The notes under the pieces were generated by a model. It had not been told where the DNA came from, did not search any database, and saw nothing but the letters and a program-made list of their open reading frames with translations. 64,000 bases of DNA, taken from Candidatus Aminicenantes bacterium. Lineage in GTDB: Bacteria > Acidobacteriota > Aminicenantia > Aminicenantales > Aminicenantaceae. Position numbers and translations under genes: made by a program. This document shows positions 24,100-32,929 of this stretch, one piece after another. How positions within the stretch are numbered: the stretch's first letter is position 1; every line of letters starts with the position of its first letter. The DNA lies in assembly GCA_011042725.1 (NCBI GenBank), contig DQWD01000234.1:2492-66491 (forward strand), given 5' to 3'.

Positions 24100-25350
24100 A
24101 TGAGTCCAAAGTTTAAATTGAGGAAAATTCCCCTCCACACCCAAATATTTATTGGCTTGATTTTAGGGGTGGTGGTCGGTTTAGTTTTTAGAGAGCAAGC
24201 TCGCATCATCGAACCCATCGGGACCATCTTCCTTCGGTTAATCACGATGATCGTGGTTCCTTTGGTTTTTGTTTCCTTGATGTTGGGGACTGCCAGCCTG
24301 GGTGATATTCGAAAGCTGGGCAGGATTGGCTTGAAAACAGCTCTTTATTTTGTCGCCACCACGGTTGTGGCCATTTCCATAGGCCTTATTTTAGCTAATT
24401 CTATAAAACCAGGCGAAGGGCTAAACGAGCAAGTAAAAGCCGAGCTTTATAAGAATTATCAGCAAAAGGCTGCCGTGGGCTTACAAAGATTGGAAGAGAA
24501 ACCTTCGATGGTGGACGTATTGGTTAATATTGTCCCCACTAACCCAGTTCAAGCTTTAACTGAAGGCAACATGCTTCAAGTTATCTTCCTCGCTTTAATT
24601 TTTGGGGTGGCTCTCACCCTGATTAAAAAAGAAAAAGCCGAACCGGTGATTAAATTTTTTGATGGGGTTAATGATGCCATCATTCAAATTGTCCACATCG
24701 CCATGAGATTAGCTCCTTATGGAGTCTTGGCGTTGATCGCTGGTGTTATCGGGCAATACGGGGTGGATATTTTAGTGACTCTTTTGAAATATTCATTAGT
24801 AGTAATTGGGGGATTGGTCATTTATACTTTTTCAGTTAATACCTTTACGGTGGCTTTTTTAGGCCGGACCAATCCACTTCGTTTTTATAAGGGAGTTAAA
24901 GAAGCAATGATTATTGCTTTTAGCACTTCTAGTTCTAACGCCACTCTTCCGGTGGCGATGGAATGCGTGGAGCATGTGGGCGTTTCCCGGGAGTACTCCA
25001 GCTTTGTGATCCCTTTAGGAGCCACAGTTAACATGGATGGGACGGCTCTCTATCAAGGTGTGGCCGCGGTATTTATCGCCCAAATCTATGGAGTCCCTCT
25101 TGGATTGAGCGATCAATTAACCATTGTCTTGATGGCTGTGCTTTCCTCAGTCGGTGCTGCGGGCGTCCCCTCAGCTGGGATTATTACTCTGGCCATGGTG
25201 TTGAAGCAAATTGGGATTCCTCTGGAAGGGATTGCCTTAATTTTGGGAGTTGACCGTTTCTTGGATATGTGCCGGACCACAACAAATATTGTGGGTAATA
25301 TGGCTGCCTCGGTGGTAATTCATAGTTCCGAAGAAAAGAGAAAGATTTAG
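24100..25350 (+). CDS. Dicarboxylate/amino acid:cation symporter (DAACS family, GltP/GltT-like)
   Basis: ORF 24094..25350, with ATG at 24100. Family motifs SSSNATLPV and NMDGTALYQ. About 8 TM helices plus hairpins. Confidence 0.9.
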   Translation: MSPKFKLRKIPLHTQIFIGLILGVVVGLVFREQARIIEPIGTIFLRLITMIVVPLVFVSLMLGTASLGDIRKLGRIGLKTALYFVATTVVAISIGLILANSIKPGEGLNEQVKAELYKNYQQKAAVGLQRLEEKPSMVDVLVNIVPTNPVQALTEGNMLQVIFLALIFGVALTLIKKEKAEPVIKFFDGVNDAIIQIVHIAMRLAPYGVLALIAGVIGQYGVDILVTLLKYSLVVIGGLVIYTFSVNTFTVAFLGRTNPLRFYKGVKEAMIIAFSTSSSNATLPVAMECVEHVGVSREYSSFVIPLGATVNMDGTALYQGVAAVFIAQIYGVPLGLSDQLTIVLMAVLSSVGAAGVPSAGIITLAMVLKQIGIPLEGIALILGVDRFLDMCRTTTNIVGNMAASVVIHSSEEKRKI

Positions 25351-25380
25351 ACCATTATTTTCGGCTCTCTCTTTTGAAAA

Positions 25381-26160
25381 TTAAGATGAAGACTCAGCCC
25401 TTCTTTTCTTGCGGGCTTTATAAATAAAATTGGAAGTGCTATCAAATCTTCCTGAGGCAGGCAGGAATTTTTCTATTTCCAAGCCATTTTTTTTTAAATA
25501 TTCTTTTATTTCTTGCGGATAATAGTGATGTCGGATAGGTACGAAATACCAATCTAAAATAAGTTCTTCAAGCTTTTCTCCCTTTCGTGATTTTTCTCGT
25601 TTTTTAAATAAGGCTACCACCGGCCAGAGGAGGGAAGCCATAATTTTAGAGAGAGGTTGCCAAGCAAATTTAGGAGTTCGAATCAGCGTTTTGCGGATAA
25701 ATTCGTGAATGAAGGTTATTTTTGTCCGAGTGTAGATGGCTAATAAAATTGACCCCCCTGGTTTTAGCACTCGAATAAGCTCGGACATTGCTCGAAAAGG
25801 ATCTCGAGTATGATGAACCGTTCCCCAAGCCCAAACAATATCAAAACTTTCATCAGCAAAAGGAAGATTTAGGAGATCAGCTTCCTGGAAGACCACATTA
25901 GTGAGCGCAAATTTTTCTTTAAGTTTTTGAGCAGTTGATAAGCTGCCGCGGCTGATATCAATTCCTACCACTTCCTTCGCTCCCTGGCGGGCAAAGATAA
26001 TACTGAAAATTCCGGTCCCACAGCCTCCATCAAGAACTTTTTTGTCATTTATTTCCTCTGGGGAATAAAAAAGTTGCCAGTGCTTTTCTGATTCTTGGTA
26101 TTCAGGGACATATTCTGTCCAGACGACGTCATAAAAACGACTTACTTTTTTTTCGTCCAT
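25381..26160 (-). CDS. Class I SAM-dependent methyltransferase
   Basis: 259-aa ORF with the motif I sequence VLDGGCGTGIFSI. SD AAGGAAGG lies upstream of the ATG. Confidence 0.75.
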   Translation of the reverse strand: MDEKKVSRFYDVVWTEYVPEYQESEKHWQLFYSPEEINDKKVLDGGCGTGIFSIIFARQGAKEVVGIDISRGSLSTAQKLKEKFALTNVVFQEADLLNLPFADESFDIVWAWGTVHHTRDPFRAMSELIRVLKPGGSILLAIYTRTKITFIHEFIRKTLIRTPKFAWQPLSKIMASLLWPVVALFKKREKSRKGEKLEELILDWYFVPIRHHYYPQEIKEYLKKNGLEIEKFLPASGRFDSTSNFIYKARKKRRAESSS

Positions 26161-26211
26161 TAAATTACCTTCCTTGTCCTAGCCTAGGCCAATCATGAAT
26201 CAAGGCTTTCC

Positions 26212-26240
26212 AGTTTATTGTTTTCCTTAAAACAAGTCAA
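26212..26240 (-). promoter_or_regulatory. Candidate sigma70 promoter for methyltransferase 25381..26160
   Basis: Minus strand reads TTGACT (26240-26235), a 17-nt spacer, then TAAACT (26217-26212). This is about 50 nt upstream of ATG 26160. Confidence 0.35.
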
Positions 26241-26528
26241 TTTTAAGAGAGTTGAAATAAGCATTTTTATTTCCTGGGCTAAATCTCTTGTCTTTCCCTC
26301 ACCCCACCAGAAAGAAAAGGGGGGTGTTAATCTTAATGGTGGCGGGCTGCTTAGAGGGAAAGTAGTTTTAAGAAAAGTAATCCCTTGCTGTTGAATAAGG
26401 GCCGATTGACTAAAAACTAAGGCCTGCGGTCCAAATTTAACCAGAGAAAAAGTCTTATTCTTCTCATTAAGCCTTAGTAAGGCTCAGGCAGACAATAATA
26501 AACCAGGAACCCAGGTCATAAATGAAGG

Positions 26529-27527
26529 TCAAGAATGGCCATCCTGCTCATGGAGCCAATGGTGAGCCAAGTACCAGTCTATGGTTAGCCTTGAACCCGT
26601 GTGAAAATCAGTTTGGGGCGAATAGCCCAAATTCCGCTGAGCTTTGGAGCAATCCAGTGGTTTTGGGTGGGCAAAGAAGGCTAGTTTTCCGGGTGTAAGG
26701 GGCGCTTCCCGGTGAAAAAAGCGGAAAACTTGATCGAAAAACCAAGCCAAAGGAAGGAGAGGAGAAAGGGGTAAAGAAAAGGAAGGAAGTTTCCGGTTTA
26801 AGTGGGAAGCAATAGTTTCAGCCATTTCCCGGACGGTTAGAACTTCCGGTCCGGTTAAATGATAGATTTCTCCTCTCTCCCCTTTTTCAAGAGCGAGAAG
26901 AGTACCGCGGATTAAATCGTGGATAAAAACAGGTGTTTGTTGAGCTAACCCCCCACCCACCAGCAAGAATCTGCCTTTAGCAATGGCTTGGAAAAGTTTA
27001 AAGGTGCGTTTGTCTTCGGGGCCATAAACCCAGCCTGGTCGGATGATGATTATCTCCAATCCCCGGTGGCTAAAATTTAAAGCCTCTTTTTCAGCTTGGA
27101 ATTTGGTCTGGTCGTAGAGAGTCTGTGGATGGGGTGAATAGTCTTCGGCAGCAACTTGGCCAGGATTAACTTTTCCGATAACTCCTGCTGAACTAAAAAA
27201 AACGAGTCGATCTAACTTGGCTTTTTGAGCAGCCTGGAGGAAATTGATTGTCCCTTTCAGATTTACTTCCCAGAACTGCTGGGGAGGAATTAAAGAGCCT
27301 CCCAAAGCTGAGGCTAAGTGGAAGCCAACTTGACAATCCTTTAGATTTCTCTCTAAGAGGTCTTGGTTGGCTAAATCCCCCCTGATTATTTCAATTTTTC
27401 CTTGTCTTAAATCAAGGGGGAGAGGATGCTTATGGACGAGAACTTTGACTGCCCATCTATTGTGGAGTAGTTGACGAACAAGATGGCGTCCGATGAACCC
27501 TGAGGCTCCGGTGACAAATACTTTCAT
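26529..27527 (-). CDS. NAD-dependent sugar epimerase/dehydratase (extended SDR)
   Basis: 332-aa ORF with MKVFVTGASGFIGRHL (GxxGxxG) and YxxxK in LYDQTKFQAEK. 4-nt overlap with the upstream GT4 gene. Confidence 0.85.
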   Translation of the reverse strand: MKVFVTGASGFIGRHLVRQLLHNRWAVKVLVHKHPLPLDLRQGKIEIIRGDLANQDLLERNLKDCQVGFHLASALGGSLIPPQQFWEVNLKGTINFLQAAQKAKLDRLVFFSSAGVIGKVNPGQVAAEDYSPHPQTLYDQTKFQAEKEALNFSHRGLEIIIIRPGWVYGPEDKRTFKLFQAIAKGRFLLVGGGLAQQTPVFIHDLIRGTLLALEKGERGEIYHLTGPEVLTVREMAETIASHLNRKLPSFSLPLSPLLPLAWFFDQVFRFFHREAPLTPGKLAFFAHPKPLDCSKAQRNLGYSPQTDFHTGSRLTIDWYLAHHWLHEQDGHS

Positions 27528-28699
27528 TTAGCTGCCCTTGGTGAGGTTGTTGCTTTTTTCAGTATTTCTTTCATCTTTTTTAGATAGCGCTCATAGGTGA
27601 ATTCCTCGACGGCCCAGTCTTGGGCTTGTTGGGCAAGTTTTTTAGCCGCTGGATTTTCCAGAGCAAAGAGCAAACCTTGGGCTAAGGACTCGGGGGTAGG
27701 AGAAACAAGAATAGCCAAATCATTATTAAGCAGTTGAGTATGAGTCCAAAGGTTAGTCGCCACCAGAGGTTTTCCTGATTTCAAAAATGAATAAATTTTT
27801 AAAGGTGTATTAGTGCCGGAAAGGCGAGGAGAGACGAGGACATCAGCGATGGTTAAATAAGCAGGGATTTTTTCGGGCGGGACTTGCCCAATGAAAATCA
27901 CTTGTTCTCCTATTCCTAGCTGCTCAGCCATTTCCTTCATGGCTTCAACTTCTTCTTCAGAGCCTCCAACCAGCAACAAGCGAGCTTTCTTAGAGCTGAG
28001 ATTGGCCATTGCCCGCAAGAGGAGGGGGATGCCTTGATGGGGAAAAAAATTGCCCGTATAAAGAATTATTTTTTCCCCCTGGGAAGCATATTGTTTCTTG
28101 AAATCGTTTCCCACCGAGGATGAAGGTTGCGGATATTCGAAGTCTAGAAAGTTTTCCAGGAGAATAGCTTTCTCAGCCTGGCCTTTTTCCTCTACTGTTT
28201 TCAGAAGATCAGGGCAAATAACGATAATGGCCTGAGAATAACGCAGCACCCAGTTTTCCAATTTAGTAAAGATCGACTTCAGCAGTCGAGAACGGGAAAA
28301 ATTAAAGTTGGTCAATTGTTGGGGAAGGCTCGAATGCATGTCGTAAAGGTGGGGGATTTTTTTTAGCTTGGCTAAGAAGATTCCCCACCAGGAGGCTTCT
28401 TCATGGGTGAAGATGAGGTCGTAGGGATGAGTTAATAATTTAAATAGAGACAAGAAGAAAAGCAAGATATCAAGAGGAATTTTGGCCATTGAAGGGCCAA
28501 CTTTAATGCTTTTTAACCCTAATATATTAGGGACTCGATAAATTTTTAATCGGGGAAGAACCTTGTTTTCACCGAGAGGATAAGTCAATAAATCAACTTC
28601 ATGTCCCAGCTCGGATAAAGCCTTAAGTCGAAAATAAACGCTAATGGGTGTTCCTCGCGGCTGGAAAAACGGTTCGGGGGCAATCATCAAGATTTTCAT
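27524..28699 (-). CDS. Glycosyltransferase family 4 (GT-B fold)
   Basis: 391-aa ORF with typical GT4 organisation. The C-terminal half carries LLLVGGSEEE, PRLSGTNTPLKIYSFLKSGKPLVATN. Confidence 0.8.
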   Translation of the reverse strand: MKILMIAPEPFFQPRGTPISVYFRLKALSELGHEVDLLTYPLGENKVLPRLKIYRVPNILGLKSIKVGPSMAKIPLDILLFFLSLFKLLTHPYDLIFTHEEASWWGIFLAKLKKIPHLYDMHSSLPQQLTNFNFSRSRLLKSIFTKLENWVLRYSQAIIVICPDLLKTVEEKGQAEKAILLENFLDFEYPQPSSSVGNDFKKQYASQGEKIILYTGNFFPHQGIPLLLRAMANLSSKKARLLLVGGSEEEVEAMKEMAEQLGIGEQVIFIGQVPPEKIPAYLTIADVLVSPRLSGTNTPLKIYSFLKSGKPLVATNLWTHTQLLNNDLAILVSPTPESLAQGLLFALENPAAKKLAQQAQDWAVEEFTYERYLKKMKEILKKATTSPRAAK

Positions 28700-28706
28700 G
28701 TTTTGC

Positions 28707-29687
28707 TTAGTCTTGGGGAGGGTTGGAGTTGATGCCGACTATTTCCCGGATGTAGTAAATTTTCTTCTGGGATGATTCATGGTAGGTACGAACAAGCAGT
28801 TCGGCTAAGAGGCCGATAGAAATGAATTGAATCCCAATGACAATGAGCAGAATGGAAAGAAGAAGTAAAGGACGATTGCTGATCCCTTGCTTAAGAATGA
28901 GACGAATATAGGTGAGGTAAAGACCAATGCCTCCTCCAAACAAGCCGCTTAGTAAGCCAAGGGTGCCAAAAATTTGCAGAGGCCGGGTTGAATAACTTAG
29001 AAGAAATTTGACCGTCAAGAGGTCAAGGATGACTTTGAAGAATCGCCAAAAGCTGTACTTGGAATGGCCGTATTTTCGAGGCCGATGATGGACGGGGATT
29101 TCAGTAATTTTCACTCCAATGTGACTAGCGATAGCGGGGATGAAACGGTGAAGTTCGCCGTAGAGTTTGATATTTTCCACTACTTCACGCCGAAAGGCTT
29201 TCAGAGTGCAACCATAATCATGAAGTTTAACTCCGGTGATCAAGGAGATAAGCCAGTTAGCGATGGTGGAGGGCATTCGCCGCGATAAAAAAGGATCCTT
29301 TCTGTTTTTGCGCCACCCATTGACCATGTCATAGCCTTCCTCTAGCTTTTCCAAGAGGCGGGGAAAATCATGAGGATCATTCTGAAGGTCGGCATCTAAA
29401 GAGATGATGATTTCACCTTGGGCATGGTCAAATCCAGCGGAAAGAGCCGCTGTTTGGCCGAAATTTTTTCTTAATCTAATGAGTTTTACCTGGGGGGAAT
29501 GTTTTTTGATTTCTAAAAGGCGATGAAAAGAGCCATCATCAGAGCCGTCGTCGATATAAATTATTTCGTAAGGAAGGCCTATTTTTTGGCAGGCGGCGGA
29601 AATCTGTTCGTGGAGTTCTGGCAAACTTTTTTCTTCGTTGTAAACAGGAACCACAATGGAAAGTAATTTGTTGTCTTTTTCGCTCAT
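28707..29687 (-). CDS. Polyprenyl-phosphate glycosyltransferase, GT2 (GtrB/ArnC-like), paralog of 19800..20804
   Basis: ORF 28707..29696 (TTG); an ATG lies at 29687. Motifs LSIVVPVYNEEKSL, YIDDGSDDGS and SLDADLQNDP. Two C-terminal TM helices. By eye, about half of its residues are identical to the other GT2. Confidence 0.85.
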   Translation of the reverse strand: MSEKDNKLLSIVVPVYNEEKSLPELHEQISAACQKIGLPYEIIYIDDGSDDGSFHRLLEIKKHSPQVKLIRLRKNFGQTAALSAGFDHAQGEIIISLDADLQNDPHDFPRLLEKLEEGYDMVNGWRKNRKDPFLSRRMPSTIANWLISLITGVKLHDYGCTLKAFRREVVENIKLYGELHRFIPAIASHIGVKITEIPVHHRPRKYGHSKYSFWRFFKVILDLLTVKFLLSYSTRPLQIFGTLGLLSGLFGGGIGLYLTYIRLILKQGISNRPLLLLSILLIVIGIQFISIGLLAELLVRTYHESSQKKIYYIREIVGINSNPPQD

Positions 29688-29791
29688 CCTGGTCAATATA
29701 ACATATCCAAAGCAGACGGTAAATATATAGCCCTACCCTATCTCTAGGCTGGTTTGACTTTAGGTCGGGGGTAGACTAAAATTCAGTCACC

Positions 29792-30262
29792 ATGCCGGAA
29801 AAGAAAGTGCTCATTGTGGATTATGATCGTAATAGCTTGGATTCTTTAGTAGCCCTGTTGAAACCATATGAATTCAAGATTATTACGGCCACTGATGGTC
29901 AAACAGCTTATGAACTTTTTCAGAAAGAGCACCCTAATTGTGTGATTTTAGAAGCTATGCTCCCCAAACTGCATGGCTTTGATTTATGTCAACGGATTTA
30001 TGAGGAATCTAAAGGGGAAACTCCAGTTATAATTGTTACTGGTTTATATAAAGGGCCTCAATATCGTCAAGAGGCTTTACGCTCTTTCGGCGCAAAAGCG
30101 TATTTCGAAAAGCCATTTGATCGCCAAAAACTAGTTTCCACGGTTCTGGATTTAATTCAAGAAGAATTGGATATCCGAGAGGAGTTGCCTTCTCCGGAAA
30201 AAGTAACGGTGTTTCTCGATGAGTTGTTTGAAAAATTAAGAGACCAAGAAAGTAAGAAATAA
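29792..30262 (+). CDS. Stand-alone receiver (CheY-like) domain protein lacking the phospho-acceptor Asp
   Basis: 156-aa ORF with a receiver fold pattern: VLIVDYD..., VIIVTG (conserved Thr), YFEKPF (conserved Lys). The acceptor position reads NCVILEAMLP, so Glu54 (GAA 29951-29953) replaces the Asp. Confidence 0.8.
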   Translation: MPEKKVLIVDYDRNSLDSLVALLKPYEFKIITATDGQTAYELFQKEHPNCVILEAMLPKLHGFDLCQRIYEESKGETPVIIVTGLYKGPQYRQEALRSFGAKAYFEKPFDRQKLVSTVLDLIQEELDIREELPSPEKVTVFLDELFEKLRDQESKK

Positions 30263-30355
30263 GCGAAATGGCTAATTAGGAAGAAAGTCTCCAAGGGGAG
30301 CGGAGGCCAGAGAGAATGATAATAATAGTCAGAAAAGGGAAAAGGGGATAGAAAA

Positions 30356-31153
30356 ATGACCCAACTTTGGACGAGATGTAATAATTGTCGGAAAATTATT
30401 TATAAACAAGATATTTTGGATAACTTATGTGTTTGTCCTAATTGTGATTTTCATTTTCGTCTTTCGGCCCCGCAACGATTAAAAATGTTATTTGATCAGG
30501 AAAATTACGAGCTCCTTGATCAGAACCTCTATCCTTGTGATCCTCTTGAGTTTGAAGATTCAAAAAAATATTTAGACCGATTAAAGGAAAATCAAGAGAA
30601 GACTTCTTTACCTGATGCCGTGATCAATGCTCGAGGTAATATTGAAGGAATTGAAGTCATTATCTCGGCTCTTGATTTCCGGTTTATGGGGGGAAGTATG
30701 GGCTCGGTGGTGGGAGAGAAAGTCACCAGAGCCGTAGAAAGAGCTTACCAAACAAGAACTCCGGTTATTGTTGTTTCTTGTTCGGGAGGGGCTCGGATGC
30801 AGGAAGGGGCTTTATCCCTGATGCAGTTGATGAAAACAAGCGCGGCGATTGCTCGCTTGGAAGAAAGAAAAGTTCCTTACATTTCTGTTCTTACTGACCC
30901 TACTACCGGAGGAGTAACGGCTAGTTTTGCCATGCTCGGAGATATAAATATCGCTGAACCGCAGGCTTTGATCGGCTTTGCGGGACCGCGGGTTATCGAA
31001 CAAACCATCAGGGAGAAGCTTCCCAAAGGTTTTCAACGAGCTGAATTCCTCCTCGAGCACGGCTTTCTTGATGATGTGGTTCATCGCCGCCATTTGAAAC
31101 CCTATTTGGGTCGAGCTCTGAAATTATTTCTTAATCATTCTCGCTCAGCATGA
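30356..31153 (+). CDS. accD: Acetyl-CoA carboxylase carboxyltransferase beta subunit
   Basis: 265-aa ORF. N-terminal zinc ribbon CNNC...CPNC, followed by the carboxyltransferase core (FRFMGGSMGSVVGEK, GGARMQEG). Confidence 0.9.
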   Translation: MTQLWTRCNNCRKIIYKQDILDNLCVCPNCDFHFRLSAPQRLKMLFDQENYELLDQNLYPCDPLEFEDSKKYLDRLKENQEKTSLPDAVINARGNIEGIEVIISALDFRFMGGSMGSVVGEKVTRAVERAYQTRTPVIVVSCSGGARMQEGALSLMQLMKTSAAIARLEERKVPYISVLTDPTTGGVTASFAMLGDINIAEPQALIGFAGPRVIEQTIREKLPKGFQRAEFLLEHGFLDDVVHRRHLKPYLGRALKLFLNHSRSA

Positions 31154-32442
31154 ATTTTCAGTCTGCTCTTCGCTACCTTAATTCTCTCCAGCTTTTCGGA
31201 GTAAAGTTTGGTTTGGAGAATACCCAGACTATTCTTGCTGCTCTCAATAATCCCCAGAAAAAATTTCCTTCGATTTTAGTGGGGGGGACCAATGGCAAAG
31301 GGTCGGTGTGCGCTTTTACGGAGAAAATTTTTTCCCTTCATGGCTATCGGGTCGGTCTCTACACTTCCCCCCATTTGGTAAGTGTTCGCGAGAGAATAAA
31401 AATAGGGGAAAAGCTGATCAGTGAAGAAGAATTTGCTGAAGGCACCCGATATTTAAAAAGTAAAATTGACGATCTTCTCTCTTCTGGCCAGCTTTTAGCT
31501 CCTTTAACCTACTTTGAGTTTTTGACGGCCTTAGCTTTTCTTTATTTTGCCCAGCAGGGAGTTGATTTAGCTGTGGTTGAAGTGGGAATGGGCGGACGAT
31601 TTGATGCGACTAATGTTCTTGACCCAATTTGTTCGGTAGTGACTTCTATTTCTATTGACCACGAGAAATTTCTGGGTTCCACTTTGGGGCAAATAGCCAG
31701 GGAAAAGGGGGGCATTATTAAAAAGAAAAAACCAATCATCACTTCTGAGACCGAAGAGGAAGCCCTTCGCCCTCTCCAAGAAAAAGCCGCGATCATGAAA
31801 GCTCCTTTAATCAAAGTTTTCACCAGAGAAGATGATTTGAAAATAATCGGGCAGGAGGGGTTAAAAACAAGCTTTTGTTTTTCCTGGCAGGGGCAGAGTT
31901 ATACTTTTACTCCTTCCCTGTTAGGATTTCATCAAGGCCGGAATGCTGCTTGTGCCCTGGTAGTGGCGAAAGTTCTCTCGCCGCGGTGGTTTTTTCTGGA
32001 AGAGGAAAAAATTATTGAAGGATTACAACAAGCGAGGTGGGAGGGAAGATTGGAAATAATATCTTCGCAACCCCTTTTTTTAGTTGACGGAGCTCACAAT
32101 CCATCTGGGGCCAGAGCCTTGCAAGATTTCCTTGGCGAGGTTTGTCCCCATCCTGACCTCTTAATTTTTGCCTGTATGCGGGATAAAAAAATAGCTGAGA
32201 TGGCTAATATTCTTTTTCCGGCCCCTAAAAGAATTATTCTCACCCAGTTCCCTTATCATCGGTCGGCATTTCCTCAGGAGATTCTGCGCCAGGCCTCTTC
32301 TTACCGGGATAAGATAACTATCATTCCCGAGGTAAAATTGGTTTTGGAAGAAGTAAAAAACTCAGTTTTGCCTCAAGGAGTGGTGGTGGCTGCTGGGTCT
32401 TTGTATTTAATTGGCGAAATAAAGAAGTATTGGTCTTTTTAA
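31150..32442 (+). CDS. folC: Folylpolyglutamate synthase / dihydrofolate synthase
   Basis: 430-aa ORF with the P-loop GGTNGKGSV and Mur-ligase-type domains. The accD-folC adjacency (4-nt overlap) matches the arrangement in many proteobacteria. Confidence 0.9.
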   Translation: MNFQSALRYLNSLQLFGVKFGLENTQTILAALNNPQKKFPSILVGGTNGKGSVCAFTEKIFSLHGYRVGLYTSPHLVSVRERIKIGEKLISEEEFAEGTRYLKSKIDDLLSSGQLLAPLTYFEFLTALAFLYFAQQGVDLAVVEVGMGGRFDATNVLDPICSVVTSISIDHEKFLGSTLGQIAREKGGIIKKKKPIITSETEEEALRPLQEKAAIMKAPLIKVFTREDDLKIIGQEGLKTSFCFSWQGQSYTFTPSLLGFHQGRNAACALVVAKVLSPRWFFLEEEKIIEGLQQARWEGRLEIISSQPLFLVDGAHNPSGARALQDFLGEVCPHPDLLIFACMRDKKIAEMANILFPAPKRIILTQFPYHRSAFPQEILRQASSYRDKITIIPEVKLVLEEVKNSVLPQGVVVAAGSLYLIGEIKKYWSF

Positions 32443-32452
32443 GGTGGGTTTC

Positions 32453-32481
32453 TTGCATTTTATCTAAATTCGTGCTAAATT
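32453..32481 (+). promoter_or_regulatory. Candidate sigma70 promoter of the ATP synthase operon
   Basis: TTGCAT (32453-32458), a 17-nt spacer, then TAAATT (32476-32481). CTAAATT occurs twice (32464-70 and 32475-81), with the inverted copy AATTTAG at 32489-95. Confidence 0.3.
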
Positions 32482-32512
32482 TTCCTTCAATTTAGAATTT
32501 TAATGATCAACG

Positions 32513-32929
32513 ATGTTGTCGATTGATGCCAATGTAATTGTTATTTTTTTTATTGTTTGGATTTTGGTTTTTTTACTTAATAAATTTTATTACCGTCCCC
32601 TTTTAAAAATCAGAGACGAGCGCCACAAAAAGATAGAAGAGGATCGACTGTCAGCCGAACAGGCCAAAGAAGAACAAGAAAAAATGCTCATGGAAATAGA
32701 CCAGAAGATTAAAGAAGCCCAGAGCCAAGCCCGACAAACTATCGATGAACTAGAGGCTAAAGCTTTAGAGGAAAAGGAAAGAATAATAAACGAAGTTAAT
32801 CAAGAATATAAGGCTAGAGTAGAGGAGGCTCGCCAAAAATTGTCCGATCAATTGGAGGAATTGAAAATGAAATTGGCCCAAGAAACCGAAAATTTAGCTG
32901 AAAGAATAAAACAAAAGGTTCTCCATTGA
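32513..32929 (+). CDS. atpF: F-type ATP synthase subunit b' (first b-type subunit)
   Basis: 138-aa ORF with a single N-terminal TM helix followed by a long charged helix (RDERHKKIEEDRLSAEQAKEEQEKM...). Assignment also rests on its position ahead of delta. Confidence 0.75.
   Translation: MLSIDANVIVIFFIVWILVFLLNKFYYRPLLKIRDERHKKIEEDRLSAEQAKEEQEKMLMEIDQKIKEAQSQARQTIDELEAKALEEKERIINEVNQEYKARVEEARQKLSDQLEELKMKLAQETENLAERIKQKVLH

Noticed and set aside
31281-31287. G7 tract in folC and G7 tract at 62090-62096, considered as phase-variation candidates.
   Set aside because: They are shorter than the G8 tracts. The first is in an essential housekeeping gene, where it encodes the conserved GGTNGKGS P-loop. 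Codon usage is the more plausible explanation.
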